A stretch of DNA of 64,000 bases from a bacterium (GTDB taxonomy: Bacteria > Electryoneota > Electryoneia > Electryoneales > Electryoneaceae). Position 1 is the stretch's first letter. Each line of letters opens with the position of its first letter. This document shows positions 40,196-50,432 of this stretch, piece after piece. Made by a program: the position numbers and the translations under genes. The notes beneath the pieces are model-generated. The model made no database searches and was not told the DNA's origin. It saw only the letters and a program-made list of their open reading frames with translations. The DNA lies in NCBI GenBank assembly GCA_963669175.1, contig OY769902.1:2240001-2304000 (forward strand), in the 5' to 3' direction.

Positions 40196-41121
40196 CAGTT
40201 CAACCAGTTATGAAGTTGCGGGAAGAAATAACCGAGCACATAGCTGATCGTAAACAGAATACCGAACTGGAAATGAAGCTGTGCTGTCATCACATCAACC
40301 ATCGCCCAGCTTTTCCGTTCCTGGTTCAGAGACTGCATGATAACCTTGTTCACTTTCAGCGCAGCAGGGATGGTCAGGATGACCAGAGCTGCGAAGAGAG
40401 GAGCCTGCTTCAGAATGACCAGGGCAATCAAGGCTGCATAGGCGCTGAACAGCATGCCGCCATAAACCAGTCGTCCGGCCCTGTGGCCCATCAGGCTTGC
40501 CTGGGTATTGTATCCGGAAGTCTGGTCGTCCTGAATATCACGCAGGTTGTTGGCGAACAGGATAGCCGCGACAAGGAAACCGACCGGCAGTGATACCCAA
40601 AGCGGCATCAGGCTAAGTTCACCGGTTTGCACGAAATAGCCGCCCCAAACCATCAACGGACCCATCAAGGCAAATACCAGGAATTCGCCAAGGGCTTTGT
40701 ACTTGAAGCCTATTGGTCCGGCAGTGTAAAAATAGCCGCCCAGAATACCGGTAATACCGAAAGCAACAATCGGCCAGCCACGGACAATCAACAGGTACAC
40801 ACCAATCAGGGTTGCCAGTCCGAACGCGATATAACTTGCCCAAAGCATGTGCCTGGGTTTCATTTCACGGTTGACCAGAAGACGGCTGCCGCCAAATGTC
40901 TCTTCACGATCAACGCCCTTTACGAAATCATAATAGTCGCTGATCAGGTTCGTCGCCGCGTGAAGCAATAATCCGCCGAAGACAGCGGCCAGCATTAAAG
41001 GCAGGCTGAAAGCGTCTTTCATATATAAGGCGAGCGCTGTTCCAAGCAGCACCGGGGTAATCGAAGCAGTCAATGAGAACGTGCGGATGGCACGCGCCCA
41101 AATGCCCATACTGTATCGCAT
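40192..41121 (-). CDS. menA: 1,4-dihydroxy-2-naphthoate polyprenyltransferase (UbiA family)
   Basis: NLISDYYDFVKGVD, YTAGP..KY.ALGE and NNLRDIQDD motifs. Confidence 0.88.
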   Translation of the reverse strand: MRYSMGIWARAIRTFSLTASITPVLLGTALALYMKDAFSLPLMLAAVFGGLLLHAATNLISDYYDFVKGVDREETFGGSRLLVNREMKPRHMLWASYIAFGLATLIGVYLLIVRGWPIVAFGITGILGGYFYTAGPIGFKYKALGEFLVFALMGPLMVWGGYFVQTGELSLMPLWVSLPVGFLVAAILFANNLRDIQDDQTSGYNTQASLMGHRAGRLVYGGMLFSAYAALIALVILKQAPLFAALVILTIPAALKVNKVIMQSLNQERKSWAMVDVMTAQLHFQFGILFTISYVLGYFFPQLHNWLNW

Positions 41122-41310
41122 GGAGGTTCTCCTGTAATCAATGTTCAACAGCAATCGATACAAAATATAAGAGGTTAAAGGATAACGGGAAAGCGAAATC
41201 GTTCCACGAGGAGTCTTGTTTGCCTTGTGTTAAGATGGGCTAAACAACGGACCTCGCTGATCTGTATGAGGCAAAGATTTTAAAGCCAGCAAGAAAACGA
41301 CAAGTATGGC

Positions 41311-41574
41311 GGCGAAAAATGGGACTGTCACCTTTTCATGTTCTCAAAGGTAAAACAGTCCGATAATGGGTGATGAAAAGGTGACTGTACCAGATTTTTC
41401 GCCAGCTTGTTTTCCTGGTGAATCGGTCCACTGGATCAGGTGAAAATCCTGGGACAGCTACCTTTTCTGCTCTTTGCTCTTGCCAAGAAGGCCAGTATAC
41501 ATCTTACCATCCTGTGATTAACCTTGTGTTCAGGTAATGTCTCATGCAGAAAAGTGTAGCAGTCCCGATTTTTC
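41311..41574. repeat. Two inverted doublets of the GGGAC(A/T)G repeat family
   Basis: 41311-41339 pairs with 41373-41403; 41442-41470 pairs with 41546-41574. Confidence 0.7.
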
Positions 41575-41640
41575 GACAAGTTTGATCGCGTAGTAATCGC
41601 GAGAATCCTTCGGGACAGGAGTGGCAAAATGTGCAGTTCT

Positions 41641-42651
41641 TCAGTTCGAGTTGCCCCGCTTCTCCTGCTTCACGATTCCTATCGATGATAACAGCATGGC
41701 AAAGAATACGAACGCAGCGCCCAGGAAGCCTTTCACGGTCCAGGTTTCGCCAAGCAGCAACCAGGCAAACAGGGAAGCAAATACCGGTTCAAGGGTGAAG
41801 ATAAGGGCGGCATGTCCGGCGGGGACATCGGGTTGATAACGAGTCTGCATCCAGACTGCCAGCATAGTGCCGAAAAGACCAGTATAAAAGGCAGCTAGCC
41901 AACCGAATCCTGCAATGGAAAACTTCACCGGGAAAATGAGATCGTAAACGAGTGCGCCTGCGAAAATGAACGCCACCTGGATGAAGGTCAACAACCATAC
42001 CTGCTTGACCTTCTTCGACACCGCTTCAAGGACAATCATCTGGAAAGCGAAAGCTACCGCACAACCAATGGTAAGTATATCACCAATATTGAGCCCACCG
42101 GTTTCAGGTGAGGCCAACAGGTAAATACCAAACAGCGCCGGAACCAGGCCCAGCCAGGTCAACCAGTGCGACTTACTTGTTCCGAAAAGGTGCGCCAGGA
42201 TGGGGGTGAAGATGGTCAGGAGCCCGGTGAAGAAGCCGCTACGTGAAGCGGTTGTGTGTTCCAGCCCGACTACCTGGAGGGCGAACCCGGCAAAAAGGAA
42301 AAATCCAACTGCGATTCCCCCCAGTACAACGGCTCGATTCCAGTAGCCAGTTTGTGATTCAGCGCCGTGATTGGAGGCCGATTCCCTGATGTTAAAACGT
42401 CGATGTCGGTACAGGATATAGGGAGTCAGCAGGACAGATGCAATGGCAAAACGCAGGAACAGGAAGTGCATGGGATCGGTCACTTCCAGCGCCTTCTTGG
42501 TCGCAGGGAAGGTTAAACCCCAGACAACTGTCAACAGGATCAGCATGACAGATGCAAACAGGCTGTTCTTTTTTGCGGTTCCAGCTTTCACTGTTTTGCC
42601 CGTACCCGTATGGAAACAGAATGCTTCAAGATAACAAACCCGGGCATTCAC
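41641..42651 (-). CDS. DMT/EamA family transporter (start uncertain)
   Basis: WGLTFP..K, LRFAIA, GLEHTTASRSGF and LEPVFA motifs, about 10 TM. Confidence 0.9.
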   Translation of the reverse strand: MNARVCYLEAFCFHTGTGKTVKAGTAKKNSLFASVMLILLTVVWGLTFPATKKALEVTDPMHFLFLRFAIASVLLTPYILYRHRRFNIRESASNHGAESQTGYWNRAVVLGGIAVGFFLFAGFALQVVGLEHTTASRSGFFTGLLTIFTPILAHLFGTSKSHWLTWLGLVPALFGIYLLASPETGGLNIGDILTIGCAVAFAFQMIVLEAVSKKVKQVWLLTFIQVAFIFAGALVYDLIFPVKFSIAGFGWLAAFYTGLFGTMLAVWMQTRYQPDVPAGHAALIFTLEPVFASLFAWLLLGETWTVKGFLGAAFVFFAMLLSSIGIVKQEKRGNSN

Positions 42652-42692
42652 CCGGGTTGTCTATAACAAAAAATGCTCTGTTGCTCACGAGT

Positions 42693-44189
42693 CTACTTTT
42701 CGGACCAGCGTTTTAATGCTTCCAGCATCAGCCTTACACCTGCACCGGTTGCATACTGTTTACTGGGTACATAGCTGTAAGACTGTTCTGAGGCTGTCCC
42801 TGCGATATCCAGGTGAATCCAGGGGGTATCATCGACAAACTCCATCAGGAACACAGCCGCTGTGCTCGCGCCGCCGGGACGTCCGCCCGTATTCTTGATA
42901 TCGGCAACCTGGCTCTTGATCTGTTCGCTGTATTCTTCCCAGATCGGTAGCCGCCAGACACGTTCGCCGGTCGGCTCGGATGCAGCTTCGAAAACCTCAG
43001 CCAACTCATCCGAGTTCGTAAACATGCCGGTGCCATGATGGCCAAGCGCGATCACGCAGGCGCCGGTTAGGGTGGCGATATCCAAGATCGCGTCCGGTTT
43101 GACCGTGTCAACCGCATACGCCAGTGCATCACACATGGCAAGGCGGCCTTCGGCATCGGTATTGTCGACCTCGATAGTGATGCCCTTATAACTGGTCAGG
43201 ACATCACCGGGTTTGTACGCCCAACCGTTGGTCAGGTTCTCCGCGGCAGGAATGAAACCATGCACTTTGCAGCCCGGTTTCCATTTTTCCAGCGCCTTGA
43301 AAACGCCGAGTACCGAAGCCGCACCGCACATATCGGTTTTCATGTCACGCATGCCTGCCGCCGGTTTCAAATCCAGGCCACCAGCATCAAACGTGATCCC
43401 TTTTCCGATCATCGCGAAGGTTTTTGCATCTGCTATACCCGGATCATATTCGAGATGGATCATTACGGCGGGACGATTGCTACCCTGACCTACGGCCAAC
43501 AGGGCGCCCATCTTCAGCTCTTCCAGTTTCGCACGATCCAGCACTTCCACCTTGATGCTGTCGCCAGCGAGTTTCAGCGCTTCCTGGGCGAGTGATTCCG
43601 GGTAGATGTCCATCGCCGGGCTGGTTCCCAGATCACGTGTCAGCGTGACACCGTCAACCAGGATAGAGGCGTATTCGACTGCTTTTTCCGTAATTGCTTT
43701 CAGAGCGTCATCCACACTAACCAGTGTCAGCGATTCCATGTCCGGATGCTTTTCCTGATCACGACTGCGGTATTTTGCAAAGCGATATGTTGCCAGGGCA
43801 AAGCCTTCCAGCGCAGCCTGTAAAAAGAGGGTCTGTTCAATAGCTGTTTCGCCGAGCTTGAAACCGATAATGGCGGCATCTTTCACTTTCAATTGACGCG
43901 CCTGTTTTCCTGCGCTGCCATAGGCGCGGCGGATTTTTTCCGGGGTCAGCTTTTCCGGTTTTCCCAACCCGATGAGCAGAACACGTCCGGTCTTGCCATA
44001 CAGGAACAGGGTATCGCCTGATTCACCCTTGAAGTCTCCAGTAGAAACGGCAAGTTTAATTTGTCCCTCAAGCGTCTGGTCAAGCGCTTCCAACTCCATA
44101 TCAGCAACACTTGATCCTTCAAAAAGTCCTGCAACAACCAGTTTCCTGGAAACAATATCAACAGAATAAGAATGAGCCGAGTACTGCAT
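42693..44189 (-). CDS. pepA: Leucyl aminopeptidase (M17)
   Basis: GKGITFDAGG, MKTDM, NTDAEGRL, DIATLTGA and HLDIAG motifs. Confidence 0.95.
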   Translation of the reverse strand: MQYSAHSYSVDIVSRKLVVAGLFEGSSVADMELEALDQTLEGQIKLAVSTGDFKGESGDTLFLYGKTGRVLLIGLGKPEKLTPEKIRRAYGSAGKQARQLKVKDAAIIGFKLGETAIEQTLFLQAALEGFALATYRFAKYRSRDQEKHPDMESLTLVSVDDALKAITEKAVEYASILVDGVTLTRDLGTSPAMDIYPESLAQEALKLAGDSIKVEVLDRAKLEELKMGALLAVGQGSNRPAVMIHLEYDPGIADAKTFAMIGKGITFDAGGLDLKPAAGMRDMKTDMCGAASVLGVFKALEKWKPGCKVHGFIPAAENLTNGWAYKPGDVLTSYKGITIEVDNTDAEGRLAMCDALAYAVDTVKPDAILDIATLTGACVIALGHHGTGMFTNSDELAEVFEAASEPTGERVWRLPIWEEYSEQIKSQVADIKNTGGRPGGASTAAVFLMEFVDDTPWIHLDIAGTASEQSYSYVPSKQYATGAGVRLMLEALKRWSEK

Positions 44190-44234
44190 GTAATCTCCGT
44201 AGTTCAGCCGTCAAACCTCGGCGACGATGAAAGT

Positions 44235-44585
44235 TTACGCAACAGGTCGGTTTTTGTCGTCAACCTTGATGACCTTCGGTGTGAAGCTCTTGTACTCTTC
44301 TTCGGTCAACTCACAGTATGTGACTGCAATGATCAGGTCACCGACCTCACAAAGGTGAGCCGCAGCGCCGTTGACACAAATTTCGCCGGATCCGCGCTTC
44401 CCTTCGATGATGTATGTGGTAAGCCGTGTGCCACGGGTGAGATTGTAGACATCAATCTGTTCCGCTGGAAGCATTCCCGCAGCTTCACGCAGATCCGGAT
44501 CCAGTGTTAAACTGCCTTCATAGTCGAGGTCAGTTTGTGTAACCCGCGCACGGTGAATCTTGCTATGTAAAAATCTACGAACCAT
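44235..44585 (-). CDS. panD: Aspartate 1-decarboxylase
   Basis: SKIHRA, YEGSLT (G-S cleavage site), TY.I.G and NGAAA motifs. Confidence 0.96.
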   Translation of the reverse strand: MVRRFLHSKIHRARVTQTDLDYEGSLTLDPDLREAAGMLPAEQIDVYNLTRGTRLTTYIIEGKRGSGEICVNGAAAHLCEVGDLIIAVTYCELTEEEYKSFTPKVIKVDDKNRPVA

Positions 44586-44650
44586 GTTTGTAAGCCAAAG
44601 TTAGCCAAGTTTAAACTTAAAGTACGATGCTGGAATCCATGGGACAAGCA

Positions 44651-45628
44651 TCACGCCTCCGGGCTGGAACACTGACGAGCGATTTCCTCAACCACTTCAA
44701 GCGCTTTCATCCCGGCAACACCGCTGACCAACGGGGAAGAACCCTCCCGAATGGCCACGAGAAACGCATTAATTTCACGAGCCAGCGCATCTTCTGATTT
44801 TTTAGCGCGTGTCCGTTTAATTGTGACCCTCAAATCCTTATCATCCGCGCCTGGTATCGGTAGAGATTTCGGAGTTCCTGCAGGAACGCGACGGATAATT
44901 TCAGCGCGTTTCTTCTCGAAATCGACGGAAATATAAGCGTCCATCTGGAAAATGCGGAATTTACGCATCCGCTTCATTGAAATCCGGCTTGCGGTCAAAT
45001 TGGCGACACGTTGCCCCGAAAAGGTTATCCGGGCGTTGGCAATGTCCGGCTCTTTCGTGATCAATGGTACGCCCGAGGCATCCACTCGTTCCACCTCATG
45101 GCCCATCCAGTGCAACAAAACATCCACATCATGGATCATCAGGTCATGCACTACGCTCACATCGGCGCCACGCGGGCTGTAAGGAGCGAGACGGTGGGCT
45201 TCGACAAAACGTGGTGTTACTTGAATACCACGTAAAGCAGTCACGGCCGGATTAAAGCGCTCGATATGCCCGACCTGAAGCACCAGCTTCTTCTTTTCGG
45301 CGAGGTTTACCAGCTCACGAGCCTGCTCGGATTTTGCTGTAATGGGCTTTTCCATCAGCAGGTGGCGGCCAGCCTCGAGTACCTGCAAGCCAATCTTATG
45401 GTGCAGAGTTGTTGGAGCAGCGACACTGACGCCATCCACATCCGCCAGCAACGCTTCGATGGATGAATACGCTCGGCATTTTGTTTCGCGTGCGATCTCT
45501 TCTGCGCGAGCCTGGTCCGTATCGTAAACGCCAACCAGTTCAGTCAGTTTATCCGCTGCATGTTTCTGAGCATGGAAGCGTCCAAGCCGTCCCACGCCTA
45601 TTACACCCGTACGTAGTATGTCAGTCAT
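44651..45628 (-). CDS. Gfo/Idh/MocA family oxidoreductase
   Basis: GVGRLG, EKP, GHIERFNP and DLMIHD motifs. Confidence 0.92.
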   Translation of the reverse strand: MTDILRTGVIGVGRLGRFHAQKHAADKLTELVGVYDTDQARAEEIARETKCRAYSSIEALLADVDGVSVAAPTTLHHKIGLQVLEAGRHLLMEKPITAKSEQARELVNLAEKKKLVLQVGHIERFNPAVTALRGIQVTPRFVEAHRLAPYSPRGADVSVVHDLMIHDVDVLLHWMGHEVERVDASGVPLITKEPDIANARITFSGQRVANLTASRISMKRMRKFRIFQMDAYISVDFEKKRAEIIRRVPAGTPKSLPIPGADDKDLRVTIKRTRAKKSEDALAREINAFLVAIREGSSPLVSGVAGMKALEVVEEIARQCSSPEA

Positions 45629-45989
45629 GGTATCACCTGTTCAGGGTTTCTGTTGCGCGAAAGGTAGCGGAATGTAAAGTCAAATTCAATAATGATTTTT
45701 GCCATGTCCCCGGGCGGTCGGGTGGTCCGATTCACAAGGTCTAGAGTTGACGCTATAGCTACGAGATGGATACTGCAATTCTGTTTTTACCTGTAGTCCA
45801 ACTTCGAGTGAGTCGGGACTGTGACCAGAGTTCAGTCTTAAAGCTTGGCACAATCCCGACTTTGCCCATCAATTCCTGATCCACTGGAAACTCTTGAATT
45901 TATTTCTCACATGGTAAGAGTATCAATTTGGGAACAAGGCAAAACCGGGCTACCCAGACTTGCTGGAGTTGGAAAGTTATACTGCGTTG

Positions 45990-46550
45990 CGTCAGGTCTT
46001 GACGTGATGATGAGTTTATTGATTGTTCAACGGCTGATCTTTGTTGACATGAGTTTTCGGTTTCTTACGCAGTGGCTCCCGTCATCACGTTGTGACCTGA
46101 CGTCGAACAAACCTCATATAAGTGGCAGGTCACAACGCGACACGATTGTGGTAATATTACCATTCCCATTATTAATCCGTTATATGGTCATGTAGCATAT
46201 CAGTGAATTATCAGTTGTATAGTTGGAATAAAGGAGATGGAAAAAGGGGACAGTTTCCTTTCCCTGAGGCAAAGCCTTCCCGCTGTGAACATGGACCGGG
46301 AAAGGTGGCTGTACCCTTTTTCTTGCGAGCAGGCAGGAATCACACGAATAAGGGGACAGTTTCCTTTTCCATGAATGCTGCAAGCGTATTCTGTATGAGT
46401 GCGAGGAAAAGGATCCCGTCCCCTTTTCCCGGCAATCTCCATTATAACGGAATAATATCGAGACCAGCTATATGTATTGCAGTCTTTATGCAAGTGGATG
46501 TGGACATGAAAAACAGGTAAGATGATTTAAGTCGCGTCAAGACCTGCCAC
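45990..46550. repeat. Two inverted pairs of CAGGTC-type ends; the second brackets copy 2 (46162-46432) of the 270-bp repeat
   Basis: 45990-46010 pairs with 46082-46102; 46122-46141 pairs with 46531-46550. Confidence 0.75.
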
Positions 46551-46648
46551 AACAAGGAGATGGTTTCCTGCATCTCTTTCCCAGCCGTTTGTAAGCAAAA
46601 CCACCTTACACCTTGCCCTTTGACGCTGTCACAGCCTATTTTCTGCCG

Positions 46649-48133
46649 ATGCCAGACACGGACCTCAAACCACACTCCACGCCGACTTCACGATTTTTCG
46701 GCACGCTGGCCGGACACACCATTGTGTACGGTTTTTCAACCTTGTTGCGTCCCTTGAGTCAGCTCCTGCTGGTACGTCTTCACACCAATACCCATTTCAT
46801 TGATGTCGATGAATTCGCGGCCTGGACACTGCTGCAAATCGCGCTGAATATCGGGATTGTCGTATTGAACATGGGAGTCGCGACAGCCTTTTTCCGTCAT
46901 TACCTGCTGGCTGAGACGGAAGAGGACAGGCAGCGTGTTCTGAGCAGAGCGTTCCGGTTGAGTGTAACCTCGGCTTTTGTATTGGGCGGTGTGCTTTTCC
47001 TGACTGCGGACTGGTGGTCGGCGTGGCTGGTTGGGCAGGGTGGGTATGGCGGCCCGGCGCGTGATGTCGCGCTGGCGATTTTCGGGAATACACTATCTAT
47101 CGTTCCCCTTGCGTTGTTACGTGCGGACAATAAGAAATTTGCTTTTGTCATGTTCAACGTGGGGCGTTTTGTCGCCCTGATCGTATGCAACGCGTGGTTC
47201 CTGATCTGGCTGGACTGGGGGCTTAGTGGTATTACTCGCGCGATGGCGGTGAGCAACATCGGGGTGGTGATCTTCTTCCTGCCCATGGTGCTGCGCAGGC
47301 TGAACCGTGAACGCTGGACCGCAGGTTGGAACGGGATTCTACGGTACGGAATTCCTTTGATCGCCATCGAAATGGTGATTTTTATCCTGAACGGGATCGG
47401 GCAGAAACTGCTTGAAATCATGTCTACGGAGCAGGATGTAGCGTTGTTCGGATTTGCCCTGCGTATTGCTTTCCTGGCACAGGTGTCGATCACGATGCCG
47501 TTTTATGTAGCGTTTCAGCCCAACCTGTTCCGGGTGCAACGGGAGGAGAAAGACCCACGTCCGCTCTACGCCCGCACCATGGGCTATATCTGGACACTGG
47601 CGCTGGCGGTTTCGCTGGGGGTTACGCTGCTTGCGCCTGAACTGGCGAAAATCTTCGGGAAGAATCCATTCTATTACCAGGCAACTCCATACGTTCTTTG
47701 GTTGGCGTTCAGCGTGGCCTTTTACGGTGTATTCGTTGTCTTCTCCAGCGGCGCCAGTTTGAAGGATCGTACCTGGGTATTCCCGCTCCTGTTACTCGTT
47801 GCCGGAATTGGTGAAGTTGTTCTCGGGTATGTTCTGATCCCGCATCAAGGTATTGCTGGGGCCGCGATTGCCACCTTTGCCGGGTATGGAATACTGGCGT
47901 TATTGACCTTTATTTCCAACCAGATGGTTTACCCGATCAAGTTCCCGTGGGGACGTGTTGCGCTGACGACTGTCGTAGCAATCGTGCTGATCGGTGTCCA
48001 GAACTGGGTGGCGTGGGGAAGTTTACTGCCGGTGCGTATCGGTCTGCTGGCGGCATTTCCGGTGCTGCTGGTGCTTGGCGGATTCCTCGATGATGGTGAG
48101 AAGGCTGCGCTGAAACGCTGGCTTTCACGATAA
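46649..48133 (+). CDS. Polysaccharide flippase (Wzx / MOP superfamily)
   Basis: 12 or more TM, HTIVYG, LRYGIPL and GIAGAAIAT motifs; start uncertain. Confidence 0.85.
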   Translation: MPDTDLKPHSTPTSRFFGTLAGHTIVYGFSTLLRPLSQLLLVRLHTNTHFIDVDEFAAWTLLQIALNIGIVVLNMGVATAFFRHYLLAETEEDRQRVLSRAFRLSVTSAFVLGGVLFLTADWWSAWLVGQGGYGGPARDVALAIFGNTLSIVPLALLRADNKKFAFVMFNVGRFVALIVCNAWFLIWLDWGLSGITRAMAVSNIGVVIFFLPMVLRRLNRERWTAGWNGILRYGIPLIAIEMVIFILNGIGQKLLEIMSTEQDVALFGFALRIAFLAQVSITMPFYVAFQPNLFRVQREEKDPRPLYARTMGYIWTLALAVSLGVTLLAPELAKIFGKNPFYYQATPYVLWLAFSVAFYGVFVVFSSGASLKDRTWVFPLLLLVAGIGEVVLGYVLIPHQGIAGAAIATFAGYGILALLTFISNQMVYPIKFPWGRVALTTVVAIVLIGVQNWVAWGSLLPVRIGLLAAFPVLLVLGGFLDDGEKAALKRWLSR

Positions 48134-48135
48134 TA

Positions 48136-49104
48136 TCAGTCCTTCAATCCCCACCCGGCAACAGTTCCATATTCCAGAAACAGTGCGATTTCCTTGCCCG
48201 CGCCGAAAGGCATAGCTTCATTGGATCGTGCGACAACCTGCGCCGGTTGCATCAAGCGGAACGTCCATTCGTCCGTCTGGATAACCTCTTCATCAAGGAA
48301 TCCATCCTGTACCACTTGTTCCAGCGATTCAGGCACTGAACTGATGTCTTCGTAATTGTTTCGCAACGCATTATAGATGATCATAAGCCGGTGTTTTATA
48401 TCATCCGCGATGACTGATTTTTTGTAGTCAAGAGTCGGCACAGATTCCGGGGCTTCTGCCAGTACACGCAGCATATGAGATTGCAGCAGTTTTGCCTGGT
48501 CACGCAGAACTGTATCGGGTACCGCGTCAAAGGGCTGATAGGTATCACGAGATGCAATGCTGTCGCCGATACTTTCCATTCGCGCTACGAGATACGCTTC
48601 GCGTACGTTTGCAGTCTTACGCAGAAGGTTTCCGGCTGCCACATCCTTTTCAGTCGTGATGATGCTGTCCGCAAGCATACCGTATTGCTTGACCTGCAAT
48701 CGCAGCCAAAGCTCCATCCGCCATGTTTCCAGCCCCAGGGTATGCTCACGATTTGCCATCATTGCCATGAGCGCCTGGCCCAGTTCCTGGGGTATCTCTG
48801 ACATGATATCACGCATCCCGCCGCTTTTTATCACATGGTCAAGTTCATTGGCGGCGTTGAGAAATTCACCCATCATGGAATCGGCTTGCTGGGCCGCTGA
48901 GACCAGTGATGTTCCCCCTGCAAAATACCTGACACGTATCGAGTCCAGTTTCGGGATGACGTTGAAATAGACAGCGATCATCTTTTCAACGGCAAGCACC
49001 GGTTCCGAGGGCTGGCCCTGCTCTTCCGTAGCATTGGCTGTCGCACAATACGCCAGTAAACCTGCCAGTATAAGGAGGGTGATTGGAAGCCTATTCCCGC
49101 TCAT
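48136..49104 (-). CDS. Hypothetical exported protein with C-terminal pilin-like domain
   Basis: Signal peptide after MSGNR; C-terminus similar to the 63513-63923 product. Confidence 0.65.
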   Translation of the reverse strand: MSGNRLPITLLILAGLLAYCATANATEEQGQPSEPVLAVEKMIAVYFNVIPKLDSIRVRYFAGGTSLVSAAQQADSMMGEFLNAANELDHVIKSGGMRDIMSEIPQELGQALMAMMANREHTLGLETWRMELWLRLQVKQYGMLADSIITTEKDVAAGNLLRKTANVREAYLVARMESIGDSIASRDTYQPFDAVPDTVLRDQAKLLQSHMLRVLAEAPESVPTLDYKKSVIADDIKHRLMIIYNALRNNYEDISSVPESLEQVVQDGFLDEEVIQTDEWTFRLMQPAQVVARSNEAMPFGAGKEIALFLEYGTVAGWGLKD

Positions 49105-50224
49105 GACGTTCCCGTTCCAAACCTTCCAGCACATTTTCCGACCACGTCGCAAAATCGCCTGCCTGTATGTGTTCACGCGCCGCTTTCAGCAGACGGAAGA
49201 AGAAACTAAGGTTGTGCGCGGTGCCCAGTTTTGCGGCGAGGATTTCCTTGGCACGGTACAGATGATGCAGGTAGGCCCGGCTGTATGCTGTGCAACAAGG
49301 GCAGGGACAGCCTTCCTCAACCGGGGAATCATCGTCCATGTACTTGGCATTGCGCAGGTTCAAACGGCCGTTCCAGGTGAACAGGGTAGCGTTACGGCCG
49401 TTACGGGTCGGAGTGACACAGTCGAAGATGTCAACACCACGCGCGATGCTGTTCAGGAAATCACGTGGCAGACCCACACCCATCGCATACTTGGGACGAT
49501 CTTTTGGCAGAATCTCGTTGACAATCTCAATCGCTTCGTTCCGCAACCCGGCCTCTTCACCCACTGCCAATCCACCGATAGCGTAGAAGGGACGGTTCAG
49601 CCCGGCAAGCCGTTCCGCTTCACGTTTGCGCAGCTCCGGAAAAAACGCGCCCTGAACGATAGGGACCAGGGTTTGTTCATGACCGTACAACGGTTCACTT
49701 TCCTGGAAGGCTTTAATCCCACGGATCAGCCAGCGCCAGGTACGTTGAGCGGCTTCATTGGCCTCACGTTCATTACAGGGCCAGCCGATCAGTTCGTCCA
49801 ACGGCATCACGAAATCGGCGCCGATATGACGCTGGATCTCGATCACTTTCTCTGGTGAGAACAGGTGGTAGGAACCGTCTATGTGCGAACGGAAGCGTAC
49901 GCCTTCCTCTTTTACATCACGAAAATCGGTCAGGCTCAACACCTGGAAACCGCCCGAGTCCACGAGGATAGGCCGCTCCCACGCCATGAACTTGTGCAGC
50001 CCGCCAAGCTGTTTCAGGATGCCCAGCCCGGGACGCAGGTAAAGGTGGTACGCGTTTGACAGCACAATGTCTGCGCCGAGTTCACGCACCTCACGCGACT
50101 CCAGCGACTTCACTGTCCCCTGAGTGCCCACAGGCATGAATGCCGGGGTTGGGATGTCGCCGTGATCACAATGGATCACACCCGCCCGGGCTTGTCCGTC
50201 TTCTGCTACAATGTCGAAGGTCAT
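49091..50224 (-). CDS. tgt: tRNA-guanine transglycosylase
   Basis: TPAFMPVGT, DSGGFQ, GGLAVGE, FDCVTPTRNGRN and CxCxxC motifs. Confidence 0.97.
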   Translation of the reverse strand: MTFDIVAEDGQARAGVIHCDHGDIPTPAFMPVGTQGTVKSLESREVRELGADIVLSNAYHLYLRPGLGILKQLGGLHKFMAWERPILVDSGGFQVLSLTDFRDVKEEGVRFRSHIDGSYHLFSPEKVIEIQRHIGADFVMPLDELIGWPCNEREANEAAQRTWRWLIRGIKAFQESEPLYGHEQTLVPIVQGAFFPELRKREAERLAGLNRPFYAIGGLAVGEEAGLRNEAIEIVNEILPKDRPKYAMGVGLPRDFLNSIARGVDIFDCVTPTRNGRNATLFTWNGRLNLRNAKYMDDDSPVEEGCPCPCCTAYSRAYLHHLYRAKEILAAKLGTAHNLSFFFRLLKAAREHIQAGDFATWSENVLEGLERERHERE

Positions 50225-50232
50225 CTTCTTCT

Positions 50233-50420
50233 GAAGTTAGAAAGTTGAAAAGTTTTAAAGTTACAAAGTTAATGAGTGTTAAAGTTCCTCTAGTATTTAT
50301 GAATATTATTGATTGTCAAAAAGTTGTCAGAAATGAATTGATTCTTGCTGTGATGTTGTGGTCTTCAATTCCTAATTAAACGAAGCTCATTCTTAATTCT
50401 TAATTTTTAATTCTTAATTA
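50233..50420. repeat. Short tandem repeats: AAAGTTnn octamers (50233-50286) and TTCTTAA heptamers (50388-50420)
   Basis: Read directly; fill the radA-tgt gap. Confidence 0.75.
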
Positions 50421-50432
50421 ACTAAACGGTGT

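Noticed and set aside
46180-46520. Short ORFs at 46180-46520 and similar ones at 20647-20964 and 56298-56510
   Set aside because: They are translations of non-coding dispersed repeats.
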